Positions 1 through 12,489 of a stretch of 64,000 nt of DNA are shown here, piece after piece. Both the position numbers and the translations under genes were made by a program. Where the stretch lies: contig NMRA01000051.1 in the NCBI GenBank assembly GCA_002633005.1, positions 1,079,528-1,143,527 on the forward strand. Reading direction: 5' to 3'. The DNA comes from Phoronis australis. Lineage: Eukaryota > Animalia > Phoronida. A model generated the notes under the pieces. The model had not been told where the DNA came from, searched no databases, and worked only from the letters and a program-made list of their open reading frames with translations. The stretch's first letter is position 1, and each line of letters begins with the position of its first letter.

Positions 1-1064
1 GTAAATACTACTACTTTCGGAATGTGTTCCACCATTTTTTCCGAAAGCGCCCCTGGGAGCTTTTTGTAGATACAAAATTATTTCGGATTAAATGTACTTT
101 CCGAAAGAGCCCCAATGTGTTCTTTCCTGGTAGTGCGTCCTTGTGAGAATGTTTAAAGCGTACATGGAGGAGTAACTTACCCTAGTCTCTTTATTCCACT
201 ATCTGTCGATCTTCCACATCGTGACTGATTTCGTCGCGCCGAGCAGATTTAGCTGTACTCCCTGTGGTCGTAAGCGCTGCCATTTTTTCTGGTATTCTGA
301 TAGGAGTCGTAAAGGGGTCACGAACATTTTATCGCACGCCGGAGCACTGCGATTGGAGACCGTCACCCTGATAAACGTCCATACCTCAAAAATGACATTT
401 TTGATCTTCAAACTCTTCGGATATGCGTCGAACCCCTCACGACTTATGTTGCGCTGTCTAACATAAATGTCCTTCAGTTCCAGATGAAACATCGTTTGGA
501 CTCTATCCATCTACACCAAGCCCACGTTTTGATGCATCTACCAAAGAGATATTTAACGATTACGCAAAGAAGACGTTACCTATAACAGCGGTGTACATAA
601 ACTCCAATGGGTAACATTCCAATGTTTGAATTCGTAGATACGATACATGTGAATTATCAATTGGGCGGACAGCGTTAGGGGGACGATGGGGGCGATGGCA
701 TGGTGAGAACCGGGGATAGCAGTGACCTGTTACGTAACGCAAGGCTGCTCAAGGGGGTAATATTGGAAAGGCCATGTCCTTTGATTGTAATGCATGCTCA
801 TATCTCGAGAATACTTGCATGATAACGCCAATGTAAAAGAATTCAGCATAACGCACCTCCACCCAGAATTGGTGTCAAAATCGACGAACAATTGTAATTG
901 GTTACGATCCGCTGAAGTCTTGACAAAGTCCATACATCTGGAAATTTGATGAATTGGCCGAAGATCTTAATTTAAGTTTGGTGTTAAATAAAGGTTCTAT
1001 GAGAAATTCGGCCTCTTGAAAATGTCTCGAGCTAGTTGGTACATCGTTTTCCATTTTGTTTCAG

Positions 1065-1395
1065 TATCAAAGCTATATACGGCACTGTTGCACAAGTCAC
1101 TCAAGTTCCTTGGTACGGAGCCAATCCCTACCAAGCGCAACATTGGTACAAATCCTACACTTTGAACGCGGAAGAATATATAACTGGTGTGACTCTTACT
1201 GTCGACGACGTGAATGAGGTCATATGCAAATACGAGTTCCAATCAAATCAAAGATCGACGACAAAACAAGTCAACCCGAATCAGTGCAGTGGTCAGGTAC
1301 ATGTCACTAGTGGCGGAGGAAAGAGGTTGTGTTACTTGAGCGGGGTCTACATCAACGCAAAAGACCTGGTGCAACTTGGTCTTCACTATTGTTGA
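1065..1395 (+). CDS. Terminal exon of a jacalin-like (beta-prism, ZG16-type) lectin-domain protein; upstream exons not identified
   Basis: Polypyrimidine tract plus TTTCAG acceptor ending at 1064, then open frame to stop at 1395. The translation SYTLNAEEYITGV...ICKYEFQSNQRS...GGGKRLCYLSG resembles the jacalin pattern L..gEYIt.V / l.F.TN.rt / G..L....G. Confidence 0.6.
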
Positions 1396-1645
1396 CCGGT
1401 CTTCCACACATTATTTCGAAAAGTGCAATATTTACAAAAGGATTACTTCACACGGAAATTCTTCTTTGGTAGTGGATCCTGTCAGCGATCACTTTCTACA
1501 TTTAATTGTTTCCATTGTAAATACTAAACGAATGACGTGTCACCTTAATGAATTCTGAAAATGAAATATTTTCACCAAGATTCCTTGTGATATTACTCAT
1601 ACAACTTCGGTCATTTTATTTAGTTCTGTTAATCATCATGAACCC

Positions 1646-1797
1646 CAGAAGCGGATCCACAATTTTGAGTTGGGGGCTGGCAGAGTATTAGCCAGGATTT
1701 TCCCCGTCAGACATTCGCACCCCCGAACTGCCAAATGGAATCTGGGAGAAATTTAGGGGGGGCATGGCCACCCTGCCCCCACTAAATCCGCCACTTG
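1646..1797. mobile_element. Short MITE with GCGGATC-type termini
   Basis: CAGAAGCGGATCC at the left and AAATCCGCCACTT at the right, with G/C runs inside. The flanks (catcatg / gatcctcctata) are contiguous in the second copy of the host repeat at ~22028-22045. Confidence 0.55.
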
Positions 1798-2112
1798 ATC
1801 CTCCTATATAACTTCATGTATAGATTAATGAAAAATGTTCACAGAGGTTGCTTAACGATGTTGATCAATTAAGGAAGCAAGACAAAAGGATCAGTCCTTG
1901 AATAGAGAATTCAGGAAACAGAAAAGAAATGTGAATGAGAACAGAAGTTGAATCAGAGATTCTCCGGGTTTTTTGCAGCAAATCCGCAGACATTGGGCAT
2001 AGTTTGATTTTCACTGACTACTGTGGTTCCTCACAGGAGAAAAGATGGGAAATCATGTTTTGTGCAATACGGTGCATCGATTGTCACTAAACCAACCCAA
2101 TTTTTAATTTCG
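1797..2112. repeat. Left part of an interspersed repeat split by the LINE (right part 7382-7518; uninterrupted copy ~22028-22474)
   Basis: Direct alignment by eye: 1797-2112 plus 7382-7518 are colinear with 22035-22474, e.g. the shared gggaaatcatgttttgtgcaatacggtgcatcga. Confidence 0.9.
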
Positions 2113-2185
2113 GGGTCAAGGTCACGGTCAAACCGGCATGGACGGCTAAAAATCTCTCCGCAAAAGCAGAGCCGTTTTGAATGTT

Positions 2186-2890
2186 ATGCCGCCAAAACCA
2201 TATCCGTACACGCTTAGAAAGGACTCTGTGAGTACTACTGACGAGATGTCTGAAGAAATTAAGGAAATAATCTTGCGAGTTGAGGCTAGTTTGAGTGCGA
2301 AAATTGACGGTGTCCTAGAGAAGATTGACACCATTCAAACGCAAATGACTGGGTTGAACACTAAAGTGGACGATGCACAACAGGAAATTGACAGTCTCAG
2401 TGAACAAGTCAAAATGCTGAAAACGCGTGCCCTTGAAGAAGAGACAAGGAACAGGAAATACAACTTGCTAATTTATGGCTTGAATGACTCTGACGGGATT
2501 AAAGAAGACATACAGTCGAAGGTGAGAGATTTGGTCGTCTCTCTCGGTATAGCCCCAGACTTTGCGCGTACATTTCCTATCGTAAACGTTCATCGAATTC
2601 CCCGAAAAGTTAAACACGACGAGTCGCCCGACCCAGTGGTGGTCAAATTTATGTCAATTTTTGGCAGGGATCGAGTATGGAGAGCAAGTTGGAACAGACA
2701 GGTAAGGGATGGAATAGTTTTCCGCACAGATTTGCCAGTAATTTTGAAACAGAAACGAGGAAAGCTAGCTGCGAGAGCCTACTCCATTCGGAAAGACAAG
2801 GGATGGCACACGAGAATTCGAGAGTCAAAGTCTGACGTCTGGCTTGAAGTTCGCGAAAATAAGGAGGCCCAATGGAACAAACTTGAGTGA
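2186..2890 (+). CDS. LINE ORF1p (coiled coil plus L1-type RRM/CTD)
   Basis: Heptad coiled coil followed by RNRKYNLLIYGL, VHRI, PDPVVVKF and DLP motifs typical of L1-like ORF1. First ATG at 2186 (MPPKPYPY). Confidence 0.88.
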   Translation: MPPKPYPYTLRKDSVSTTDEMSEEIKEIILRVEASLSAKIDGVLEKIDTIQTQMTGLNTKVDDAQQEIDSLSEQVKMLKTRALEEETRNRKYNLLIYGLNDSDGIKEDIQSKVRDLVVSLGIAPDFARTFPIVNVHRIPRKVKHDESPDPVVVKFMSIFGRDRVWRASWNRQVRDGIVFRTDLPVILKQKRGKLAARAYSIRKDKGWHTRIRESKSDVWLEVRENKEAQWNKLE

Positions 2891-3441
2891 TGGAATCTAG
2901 ACAAGTGCATCTCGAACAGTGTTTAAAATGATTGTTTTCAGCGTCGTTTTTGTTCTATTTTTTTATACTGTTACACAGTTCAAGTTAACTCATGCGTAGT
3001 GTATATGGGTTTCTCTCGGTGCCCGAGGATTATCATTGTTTCATTTATTGTTTTTCGCGGGCCTTGGGCCGAGTCTCCGGATTTTATACATATATGTATG
3101 TGATGTAGGCCTATATTGGTTTACTTTTCATGCGATACTTGTTGTAACTCCCAGGTCAAGGTGTGCCTTGTTTATTGAGCGTATACCCAACGTACATGTG
3201 ACATTTCGAATGCTTTGCATTTGCATAGGCCTGTTGTTTTTCATTCTCTTTTCGCTAAGCCGTGTTCTATTACGGTTGCTATAGGTACATGATTACAGGC
3301 CCTGCTTGCAGCGGGCTGATCTGTCTTGACTTCATTTGCATATGAGGAACATCGATGAATGTTCATGTATAGTTTCTTGTGTGAGTGTGTGCGTGATTGT
3401 GTCAGGGGCAGCTATTCAAATTTTCTCTATGTATATTGATC

Positions 3442-6400
3442 ATGGCTAGCGTACGTTTGTTTTCAATGAACTGCAGGGGCCTTCAAAGTCTTTCCAAACG
3501 CAGAGATGTTTTTAATTTTTTACATAATAAACAATTTTCTATATACTGTTTAAAGGACAGGCACTTTGTACCAACCGATGAACCTGTTGTAAAAAGCAAT
3601 GTGGGGCGGTGATGTGATAATGCGCTGTGGTACAAGTAATTCCCGAGGTGTATGCATACTGTTCAAAAACAATTTTGAGTACGAACTAACAGATATTGCA
3701 GGTGACGAAGAGGGTAATCTTTTGATCGTAAATCTTATCATTGAAAAATCATTCTCGGTCACATTGATTAATATTTACGGTCCCAATAATGACAATCCAA
3801 TTTTTTATAAGGAGATTCAGCGCCACCTAGATAATTGTGATGGAACGCCTGTTGTTTTATGTGGGGACTGGAACCTCGTCCAGACTTTTGAATTGGATTG
3901 CGTGAATTATGAACGCATTAATAATCTAAACGCCAGACGCGAGGTTCTCGACAAGAGAACAAAACACAATCTTATTGACCCCTGGCGTGTTGCCAATCCT
4001 TTTTTGAAGTCTTTCACGTGGAGGAAAACTAACCCTATGAAAAAAGCTAGGCTTGATTTTTTTCTAATTTCGGAAGAGATCCACGGCATGATAGAGTCTA
4101 CAGGGATAATACCAGGATATCGAAGTGATCATCATGCCATTACTATTGAAATTAAAATTACGGAATTCCAGCGCGGCCGAGGTCTATGGCGTTTTAACAA
4201 TTCTTTATTAAAAGACTCTGACTTTGTTAATCGTGTTAAACAAGTTATAGACGAGAGTATTGTGGAATATGCCGCTCTACCCTATGACAGGCAAAACGTT
4301 CTACATATTCCCAAGGCTGATCTGTGTCTAACCATTGATGATTCTATATTCTTCGAAATGTTGCTATTGAGGATCAGATCCGAAACTATATTGTATTCTA
4401 AAAAGAAACAATCTGAAACACGGAAAAAAGTAAAGTTTCTTGAAAATCAAATATCTTATCTTGTAAAATTAGCAGACGAATCTACATCTGGCTTATTCGA
4501 TACTATTTTAGAACAAAAAATGAGGGATTTGGAAGACTGTAGAGATTACATTATGAGAGGACATCAGATCAGAGCGCGCGCAAGGTGGGTTGAAAATGGC
4601 GAAAAACCTTCAAAATATTTTGCCAATTTGGAAAAAAGAAATTATGTTAATAAAAATGTTACTAAATTAGTTATAGACACTCACAAGAATACTACAATCA
4701 CCGAGCAAAGTGCACTTCTACATAACATTTGCGATTTTTATAAATCTCTCTATGCATGTAAAGATGATCTCCTTGATGACGTTAATTTGAACGCTCTGTT
4801 CCCGCCGTCACTACATGTTCCACGATTAACCAATGACGATAGTAGGCGTTTAGACGGCGCGATCACAGTGTCCGAAGCACTCAATGTTATCAAATTGATG
4901 AAAAACGATAAGTCCCCTGGCCCTGATGGTTTTAGTGTGGAATTCTTTAATTTTTTTTGGAATGATTTATCTGTATTTTTGGTTAATTCATTTAATAACA
5001 GTTTTGCTCGTGGTTCCATGCCCCCAAGTCAAATTCAGGGCGTGATCACTATTATTCCAAAAGGTAAAAAGCCGCGTGAATTCTTGAGCAATTGGCGCCC
5101 TATTTCTCTCTTAAATACAAGTTATAAAGTTTTATCGGGTTGTATTGCACATCGTATTAAAAGCGTCATTATCAAAATCATTCATGAAAATAAGAAAGGC
5201 TTTATCAAGGGGAAGTTTATTGGTGAAAATATTAGAACCATCTACGAAATTTTAAATTGCTCAGAAGAATATGACATACCCGGTCTGATAGTTCAAATTG
5301 ACTTTGAGAAAGCCTTCGATTCCATTTCGTGGAAAATGATCTACAAAACCCTATCTTTTTTCAACTTTGGTAAAAACCTCATTGATTGGGTGCGCTTACT
5401 AAATTCAAACGCTACACTTTGTGTGATCCAGCACGGCATAGCTTCAGAATACTTCAAAATTGGTCGCGGATGTTATCAAGGTGATCCTGTGTCCCCCTAT
5501 CTTTTTATCATTTGTGTTGAAATAATGGCCATCATGTTTCGTGAAAATAAAAATATAAAAGGTATTGTCAACGACCTTAAGCTTCTGCAATATGGAGATG
5601 ACACGGTTTTGTTTTTAGATGGTACAACGGAATCCTTAAAATACTCGCTTGATCTCCTGGACCAATTTCACAAATTCTCTGGTCTGAGACCAAATGTAGA
5701 AAAAACTCATTGTATTTGGATAGGTCGGATGAGGGGAAGTGAATTGCGCTTGTGTCCAGAATTAAATTTATCTTGGCAAAAACAAAAATTCTCTATTCTG
5801 GGAGTCACATTTAGCACAAATTTATCAGACTTAAATTACAATGTCAAAATACAAGAGATTTACAGAGATTTGACGTGTTGGTCCAGGAGATCGCTCACTA
5901 CGCTAGGAAAAATAACCGTAGTTAAATCGTTTGTTTTGCCTAAATTAACGCACCTCCTGTTGTCATTACCTTCTCCATCAGACAAAGTTGTTGACTCTTT
6001 AGAAAAACATTTTTTAAAATTTATTTGGCAAAACAAAAATGACAGGATAGCTAGAAATATTATGATCTAAGATTTTTCCAACGGAGGCTGTAAAATGGTC
6101 CATTTAAAAAGTTATATTAAGTCGTTAAAATTTACATGGTTCGTGAGACTTGTGATGGCCAATCAATCTTCCTGGAAATTGATTGTCATGAAAAACCGCT
6201 TTTTAGCTGGAAAAAACCTTCTTCATGTTGGGGCCAAATTTTATAGTCAATGCCCGGGAATTTTTAAGAATGTCATTTGGAAAGAAGTATTTTTAGTTGT
6301 TGGGGAAGTACTCTCTAGTATCTCAGATTATCACATTAAAGAGGAATTTTATTACGAACCACTCTGGTATAATGAACATATTTTGATTGATAAAAAGTCT

Positions 6401-7252
6401 GTTTTCTACAATGACTGGTATACAAGAGGGATATTTTTTATCCACGATTTGTTGAACCATAATGGTCGTTTTATGTCTTACCAGTGTTTTTATGAAAGAT
6501 ACAGGTTTTCTCCATCATTTACATCTTTTTGGGGTATTCGAAGTGCAATTCGTCAAACTATACGTCATTCTCAAATTAGGCCATGTAGTGAAATCGAGAT
6601 AACCTTGCCTTTTTGCACAACATTTAATTCCATTCTTATATCGAGACAAAAAGTCAATCAACAAATTTATACCCACTTAATACAAAAACTATATAAGAAA
6701 CCCAAATTTGAGGAAAATTGGGAAAAACAGTTGAATACCGTAATTCCCCGTGATTGGTGGAGAAATGCTTATTCTTATTCTATTAACTTTCCTTGTGATG
6801 TCCAGCTTAAATGGTTTCAAATACGTTTAACTCACAGACTACTCGGAACCAATAAGTTTTTGAGTAAGATTGGTGTTAGAAATTCAGATAGTTGTACTTT
6901 TTGTAATTCTCATTCTGAAGACCTTTTTCACTTCTATTGGTCTTGTTTACGTGTCCAAAGTTTTTGGAAAATTGTTGAAAACTGGATAAAAAACCTCTGC
7001 GGAATTGATATGAAACTTGATCATTTTGACGTAATTTTTGGCTCCTTTAATGGACCAAAAATCATAAATCTACTTTTATGTTTAGGCAAGTACCACATAC
7101 ACAAGCAAAGACTTCAGAATGTAGAACCATGTTTTGCACTTTTTAAACATTTTGTTTTTGATTACTACAAAGTAGAAAAGGTTATGTACTATAACCAGTG
7201 CAGGTATCTCGACTTCGAGGAACGATGGGCCCCTTTAGCACCTTTATTTTAA
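3442..7252 (+). pseudogene. LINE ORF2p (endonuclease-reverse transcriptase), disrupted
   Basis: Starts MASVRLFSMNCRGL at 3442, frameshifts near 3595 and has an in-frame TAA at 6068-6070. Motifs: NIYGPN, GDWN, RLDFF, SDH, KSPGPDG, WRPISLLN, DFEKAFD, QGDPVSP, QYGDD (YADD variant) and CTFC..EDLFHFYWSC. Confidence 0.93.
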
Positions 7253-8179
7253 TTTATGCTACATACAACCAATGGCCCCCCCTGTGTATGAATGTGAGCG
7301 TGACTGTGTGCGTGAATGTTTGTACTATTTGGCTTTATTGTATTTGCATTACGATAACAATAAAACTTTTTGAAAAAAAAATTAATTTCGTGTCAAGTCA
7401 CAAATTCATAAGGGTGACCGAAAAAAAGAGAAAGAGCAAGATCTCACTTGAACGTAAACAAAAAGGCATTCCATTTATTGATTTTGCAAGCAGCATTTAC
7501 AACACAACCATAAAAACGTTTTTACCTTCCAACTCATTTCAGAAACAGTAAATAAGGTGAGGGGAAACAAAAGTATGTGTGCTGATGTACGTCTTACTAA
7601 TTGTTGAATTGTGTATATTTTCAACAAAACTGATCACGGAATGTGGAAAGATCATTACGTTTCATTCATTTATTAAAAATTTAACACTTTAAAATCCAAA
7701 ACGCCATGACTGTAAACACCAAACAGAAGCTGAATAGGATTCATACCCTCACTCACGCACAAAATCATGTAGTACCTCATTCATCAATTCATAAATTAAT
7801 TTTTGCTCCAAGTTTTTATTGAAAGCTAACATATTTGATTCTTTATAGGCTAAAATTTTTGCTATATAATCCTTGACAAAATACAAAAAAACGTTTTCTA
7901 CACATCGTTTCCTTAAAAACATTTACTATTCTTATAATTTAAATTGACGGAGTATTATTAGTCAATGAGATTTATCTATTTTGGTTTGCACAAGATTTCT
8001 TAAAGAAAGATATCATTCAACGGTGACGCGAAACTTTTATCTTTATGTTTTACTTCGCGGGTTCATAATGCCTATTATTGGTTAGAAATAATGGTACATT
8101 GTCATCGAAATCCACACTTTACATTTAGTTATTTATATTGGCCTTGAATTTTGTTTTTATGTTTGTTATAATACATGTC

Positions 8180-9874
8180 TTTCCCTTATTTGCACTGTTG
8201 ACGTTTCACTGCAATGGAAGGCAAGACGGTGTTGTCCTTGTAACGTTTGTAAACTGTCACAACAGTCCCAGTCCAATGCCCAGTCCCATAAATAGTGTCT
8301 GTTGGTCATGCTTGCGTCTGCTCTTATCGCTTGTGTTGGACTCTACTGTCACTGTTGTTGCCATTGTTGTTGTCATCAATTTCTGCGTCTGCGTACCATC
8401 TGCTCTTGTTGTCATCGTCATCTTTTCGAGTGTACCATCTGGTCTTGACATAGCCAACAGTTGCTTGTCATCTTTAGTTGATGGTGCCAGTGAAATCAGC
8501 GACTAGCGACGACGGTTGTACTAATGGATGTGTTGACGGTAATGATGTCGACGGTGGCAATTTGGAGGTTCAACTTTGCGTAGACTGTGGTTTGGTTGGA
8601 CCTGTAATAGTCACGGCAATACACGTTCTTTGATACCTTTTTGAACTGAAGCTTTATTAAAGTAACAGCTTTGGCTCGCTATCCAAGGCAACAAAAAAAA
8701 AAAAAAAAAAAAAAAAACAGCATGGAACCACTAGACAAATGTAACTGGACAGATGTTCACACAGCATTACGTCTGAAAACACTAACGGGAAATATGAATC
8801 TTCAGTTGACCATTTTCTCTCAACCATCAAAACCCGGCTCCAGCTCTAGCCCCACAACTATAGTTTCCCTCATCTACTCCTTGAATATCCGTTAGTTCAA
8901 GTTCAGCTCTATTTCTCGCTGTCGACGCCTCTGGGTTGGACAAAAATTTCTTGTTTGTCACGATTTTATGGTTGCAAACAAAATACGTGAAACACGAACC
9001 TTGATCCTTCTGTCTGTACCACCGAGGCCTCCTGCTTTAGCTTCACAGCGGTAAGTTCCTGCGTCCACCTCTTGAATATTCATCAGTTGGAGTTCTGCTC
9101 TATTTACTCGTATTGATGCATCAGGGTTGGGCAAAAATTGTCTGTTTGTTATAAGATTCGGATATGTCCAAGTTGTGATTGGCGTAGGATCGCCTGTCGC
9201 TTCACATACCAAAGTTATGTTGACACCTTCATTGACTGTTATTGTCCTGCAAGGAAACGGTTTTATGGCTGGTGCAGTGCAGTTGAAATCTGCATCATTA
9301 GAAGACTCTGTTTTTGGTGTGTGACATGTAAATGGCGATGCTTGTTCAGTTAGCCATTTTATCAGACAGTTACAGTGCCATGGGTTGCCATCAATGTCCA
9401 GTGTAACATTCTTAAGCACTGTTTGTAGCCCCCTATCCGTTAATGATTGAATGGAGTTCTTGCTTATTGTCAGGTTGGACAAACTAATTAATCCTCGGAA
9501 AGTTCCCGAGGACACCATCTTCAGGGCATTTCCGCTGAGGTCCAGCCATCGAAGTCTTGTCATTTCTGAAAAGGTTCCATCGGCAACTTTTGTGATCTGG
9601 CTGTTGATGATTCTAAGCCGTTTAACCATCTTCATGTTGGAGAAGTCGGACCTACTCAGCGTTTTCTGATTTATAGGAGTACAATTGCCACTTCTGTGAT
9701 GTTTTCTGTATGAAAGGTTGATATGTCATTCATGGTGTTCATGATACACGCTATGGTGCTGTTGGCACAGCTGCACTGTGGGGGGCACTTCTGTGCCATC
9801 TCGCAGTTCTGGAGTGCCACGACAATGCGGATTATCACCTGTATGAGAACCAACCTGCTTCGAACGACTTCCAT
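8180..9874 (-). pseudogene. LRR plus Ig-domain single-pass receptor (LRIT/LRFN/ISLR-like architecture), multiply disrupted
   Basis: Signal peptide and LRRNT (CPPQCSC) in one frame, then a frameshift near 9680. LRRs, LRRCT (GNPWHCNC) and an Ig I-set domain (VCEATGDPTP..W..DAGTYRC) lie in 8958-9635. A downstream exon (acceptor at 8602-8603) encodes an S/T-rich stalk with stops/frameshift and a truncated TM segment (LFMGLGIGLGLL*, with VVTVYKRYK in another frame). Confidence 0.8.
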
Positions 9875-10794
9875 GATCTCCGTCTTCCACGTTAGAGGAT
9901 AGCTGGCAGCATATTGAGACATTGCTGGCTGGGTGTAAATTTCTAAGTAAGTTTAATCCCGAAACTAATCCTTCCAAAATTGGATATCTACGTTGACTTG
10001 TCAAGGTGGCTAATTCTCCTGAGCGTGCGTAGAATATACGATATACCTGTAAGGGACCCATTTTCTCTGTGCCCACGTGATACTCTAGGGTAAAGCTTCG
10101 TTATCGGAAGGAAATGTCAATATATATTGTTTAATCCAAAGTTAGAATTGGAAAAAAATAATTTGTAAATTTAGGTTTGATCTTGTATCTTTTGTTTTGC
10201 CACATCTGTGAATGAACATGAGTGGGTGAAATCTACATGTGCACAGTTTCAGTTTAATAAACACTACGTAAATACTGTGACTATAATCACTGTTACTATA
10301 AGCTAGGAACCAATATGGTTCCTAGCTATAAGCAATTGGTCCTAAAATGTCATAGATAAGTGTGACACCATAGACTATAGCACGTGTTGTCAAATTGTTA
10401 ACGCAACGTTTTTCTATAAGATTTTAATCAATAATATTCCACATTGCGTAACAACTAATTGAAAAACAGGCTACCGCAAATGTAAAGTATTGCGTAAAGC
10501 AATTTGTGTAATCCTGTAACCGTGACGTAATTTGAAAAAAGGACATAGATTAGCACAAAACGCTTATTGCAGTTGTATTAAAATTTTGAGTTATATGGGG
10601 GGTGACTCGGATTGTTTCAAAACCACTCATAATGCCCGTCATTATCTTTGTTGCCTAGTTTTGGCTACGGGTCTAATCCTCGAGTACACCCAACAAGCAG
10701 ATGTGTAGATAGTTTGAAGGGCCCAACAGAGACGTTTCCATAAACAACTCCATACGCAAGCGCTCAGGTGTTTTTATTTCTCTGATAAAATGAA

Positions 10795-12489
10795 AATGAA
10801 AGCGCTCCGAGGAGCAAAACTTGGCGAAATTAACCAAAAAGATTAAGATACAGATGATGACGAAGATGACAAATATGACGACGATGGTGGAGAGGATGAA
10901 CAAAAGAAGTAATAATAACATACACATGACGAACGTAGAAGTCCGAAATCAGTAAGAAAAAGGCTACAGTCTTGAGCGACACTTGGCGAAATTAACGGAA
11001 AAGACAACGACGGAGATGATGACGAAGATGATGACGATGATGACGAATATGATGATGGTGGTGGCGATGATGAACAACATCACAATATTCATATGACGAA
11101 CTTAGATGTCATAAATCAATAAGAAATAGGCTACAGTCTAGTTCAATAGAAGATAAACCAACATCAATGCAGCAAGAGCGCTCAACAAAGGAACAGCGTT
11201 ATCAGAAAATCTCAAATAACTCAAAAAGTAGACGTCCTACCGAAAAATGGAAAACATCTTCTGAAAGCCCCTTCAAAATTCAATCTAAACTGATGGTATC
11301 GCCTAATTCCGTAAATTTTTCGGAAAAAATGAAGTTTTGCGTTTTTTTAAGAAATTCAAAGTCAAATAACTCGAAAACGGTAAGTCTGAGAAAAAAACTG
11401 TTACAGCCATTTGAAAGCATATACTTCAAAGAATCCACATGCAAAAGTCACATATTTTTCTCTTCCCGTTTAAAATCGCACTCCAACACAACTGAAAATG
11501 GGTCAACATGCGCCAGATCCGCACAGTTTTGAGCGACACTTGGCTAAATTAACTGAAGAAAAGACGACGTCGGAGATGATGACGAAGATAACAAATATGA
11601 TGATGGTGGTGGAGATGATGAACAACATCGTAACATTCATATGACGAACTTAGATGTCATAAATCAATAAGAAATAGCCTACAGTCTAGTTCAATAGAAG
11701 CTAAACCAACATCAATGCAGCAAGAGCGCTCAACAAAGGAACAGCGTTATCAGAAAATCTCAAATAACTCGAAAAGTAGACGTCCTAGAGAAAAATGGAA
11801 AACATCTTCTGAAAGCCCGTTCAAAGCTCTATCTAAGCTGATGGTATCGCTTAATTCTGTAAATTTTTCGAAAAAAAATTGCGTTTTTTTAAGAATTTCA
11901 AAGTCAAATAACTTGAAAACGGTAAGTCTGAGAAAAAAATTGTTAAAAAATTGATAAAGGTCATTTGAAAGAGTATATCTCAAAGAATCCACATGCAAAA
12001 AATCACGTCTTTTTCTCTTCCCGTTTAAAATCGCACTCCAGCACGACTGAAATTGGGTCAACATGTGCCAGATCCGCCATCTTGAAAGCAACTTCCGGTT
12101 TTTTGACTTTATATAATAGCATATCATAAGAAACTAATATCTGAAAAAAAAATCGAAGAAATTAGCCCTATAATGCGCCCTCTACAGGAGAAAACGATTT
12201 TAGGCCAAAATCGAGGTGCGCATGCGCGATCGCCTATATTTCCGCCATCTTAAATCGAAAGTTAACAATTTCCGGTATACTTGTAGCACACTTCCGGTCC
12301 ATTTACTGTGCCGATTCTTGGCCTTGTACGTAAAAAGTTGTAGCCTCCAGAAGCCTCTAAATCTTAAAATTAAAACAAAATGGCCGCCACAGCCGCCATC
12401 TTGGATCCGATTATGACGAAAAACAATAGGCTTAAAAAAAACTTAGTGACAGAGCAACATACTTGGCGAAATTTATTTCGCCAAGTATG
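10795..12489 (-). mobile_element. HINE-like (Helentron-associated non-autonomous) element, family A, with internal ~550-bp duplication and GAT/GAC microsatellite
   Basis: Terminal hairpin CATACTTGGCGAAAT-TT-ATTTCGCCAAGTATG at 12458-12489. The same subTIR ACTTGGCGAAATT and a small hairpin GCTCCGAGGAGC occur at the other end (10804-10831). A second copy lies at 20976-22011. Confidence 0.7.

Larger units (their letters stand above)
2113..7381 (+). mobile_element. Full-length L1/Tx1-clade non-LTR retrotransposon (LINE), disabled
   Basis: ORF1, ~550-bp spacer, ORF2 (APE endonuclease, RT, C-terminal CCHC zinc knuckle), AATAAA and an A-tail at 7373-7381. Target-site duplication TTAATTTCG at 2104-2112 and 7382-7390. 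Confidence 0.95.

Noticed and set aside
199-510. 103-aa minus-strand ORF followed by a GTAAGT donor-like site
   Set aside because: No recognisable domain; a faint resemblance to NACHT-flanking sequence is too weak to call.
8138-8506. Hydrophobic plus-strand 122-aa ORF
   Set aside because: Antisense shadow of the Thr-rich stalk of the LRR-Ig pseudogene.
10673-12127. ORFs such as MCMLLLLLLF... and MQQERSTKEQ... (repeated near 20874-21767)
   Set aside because: Translations of the microsatellite and internal units of the HINE-like repeat.
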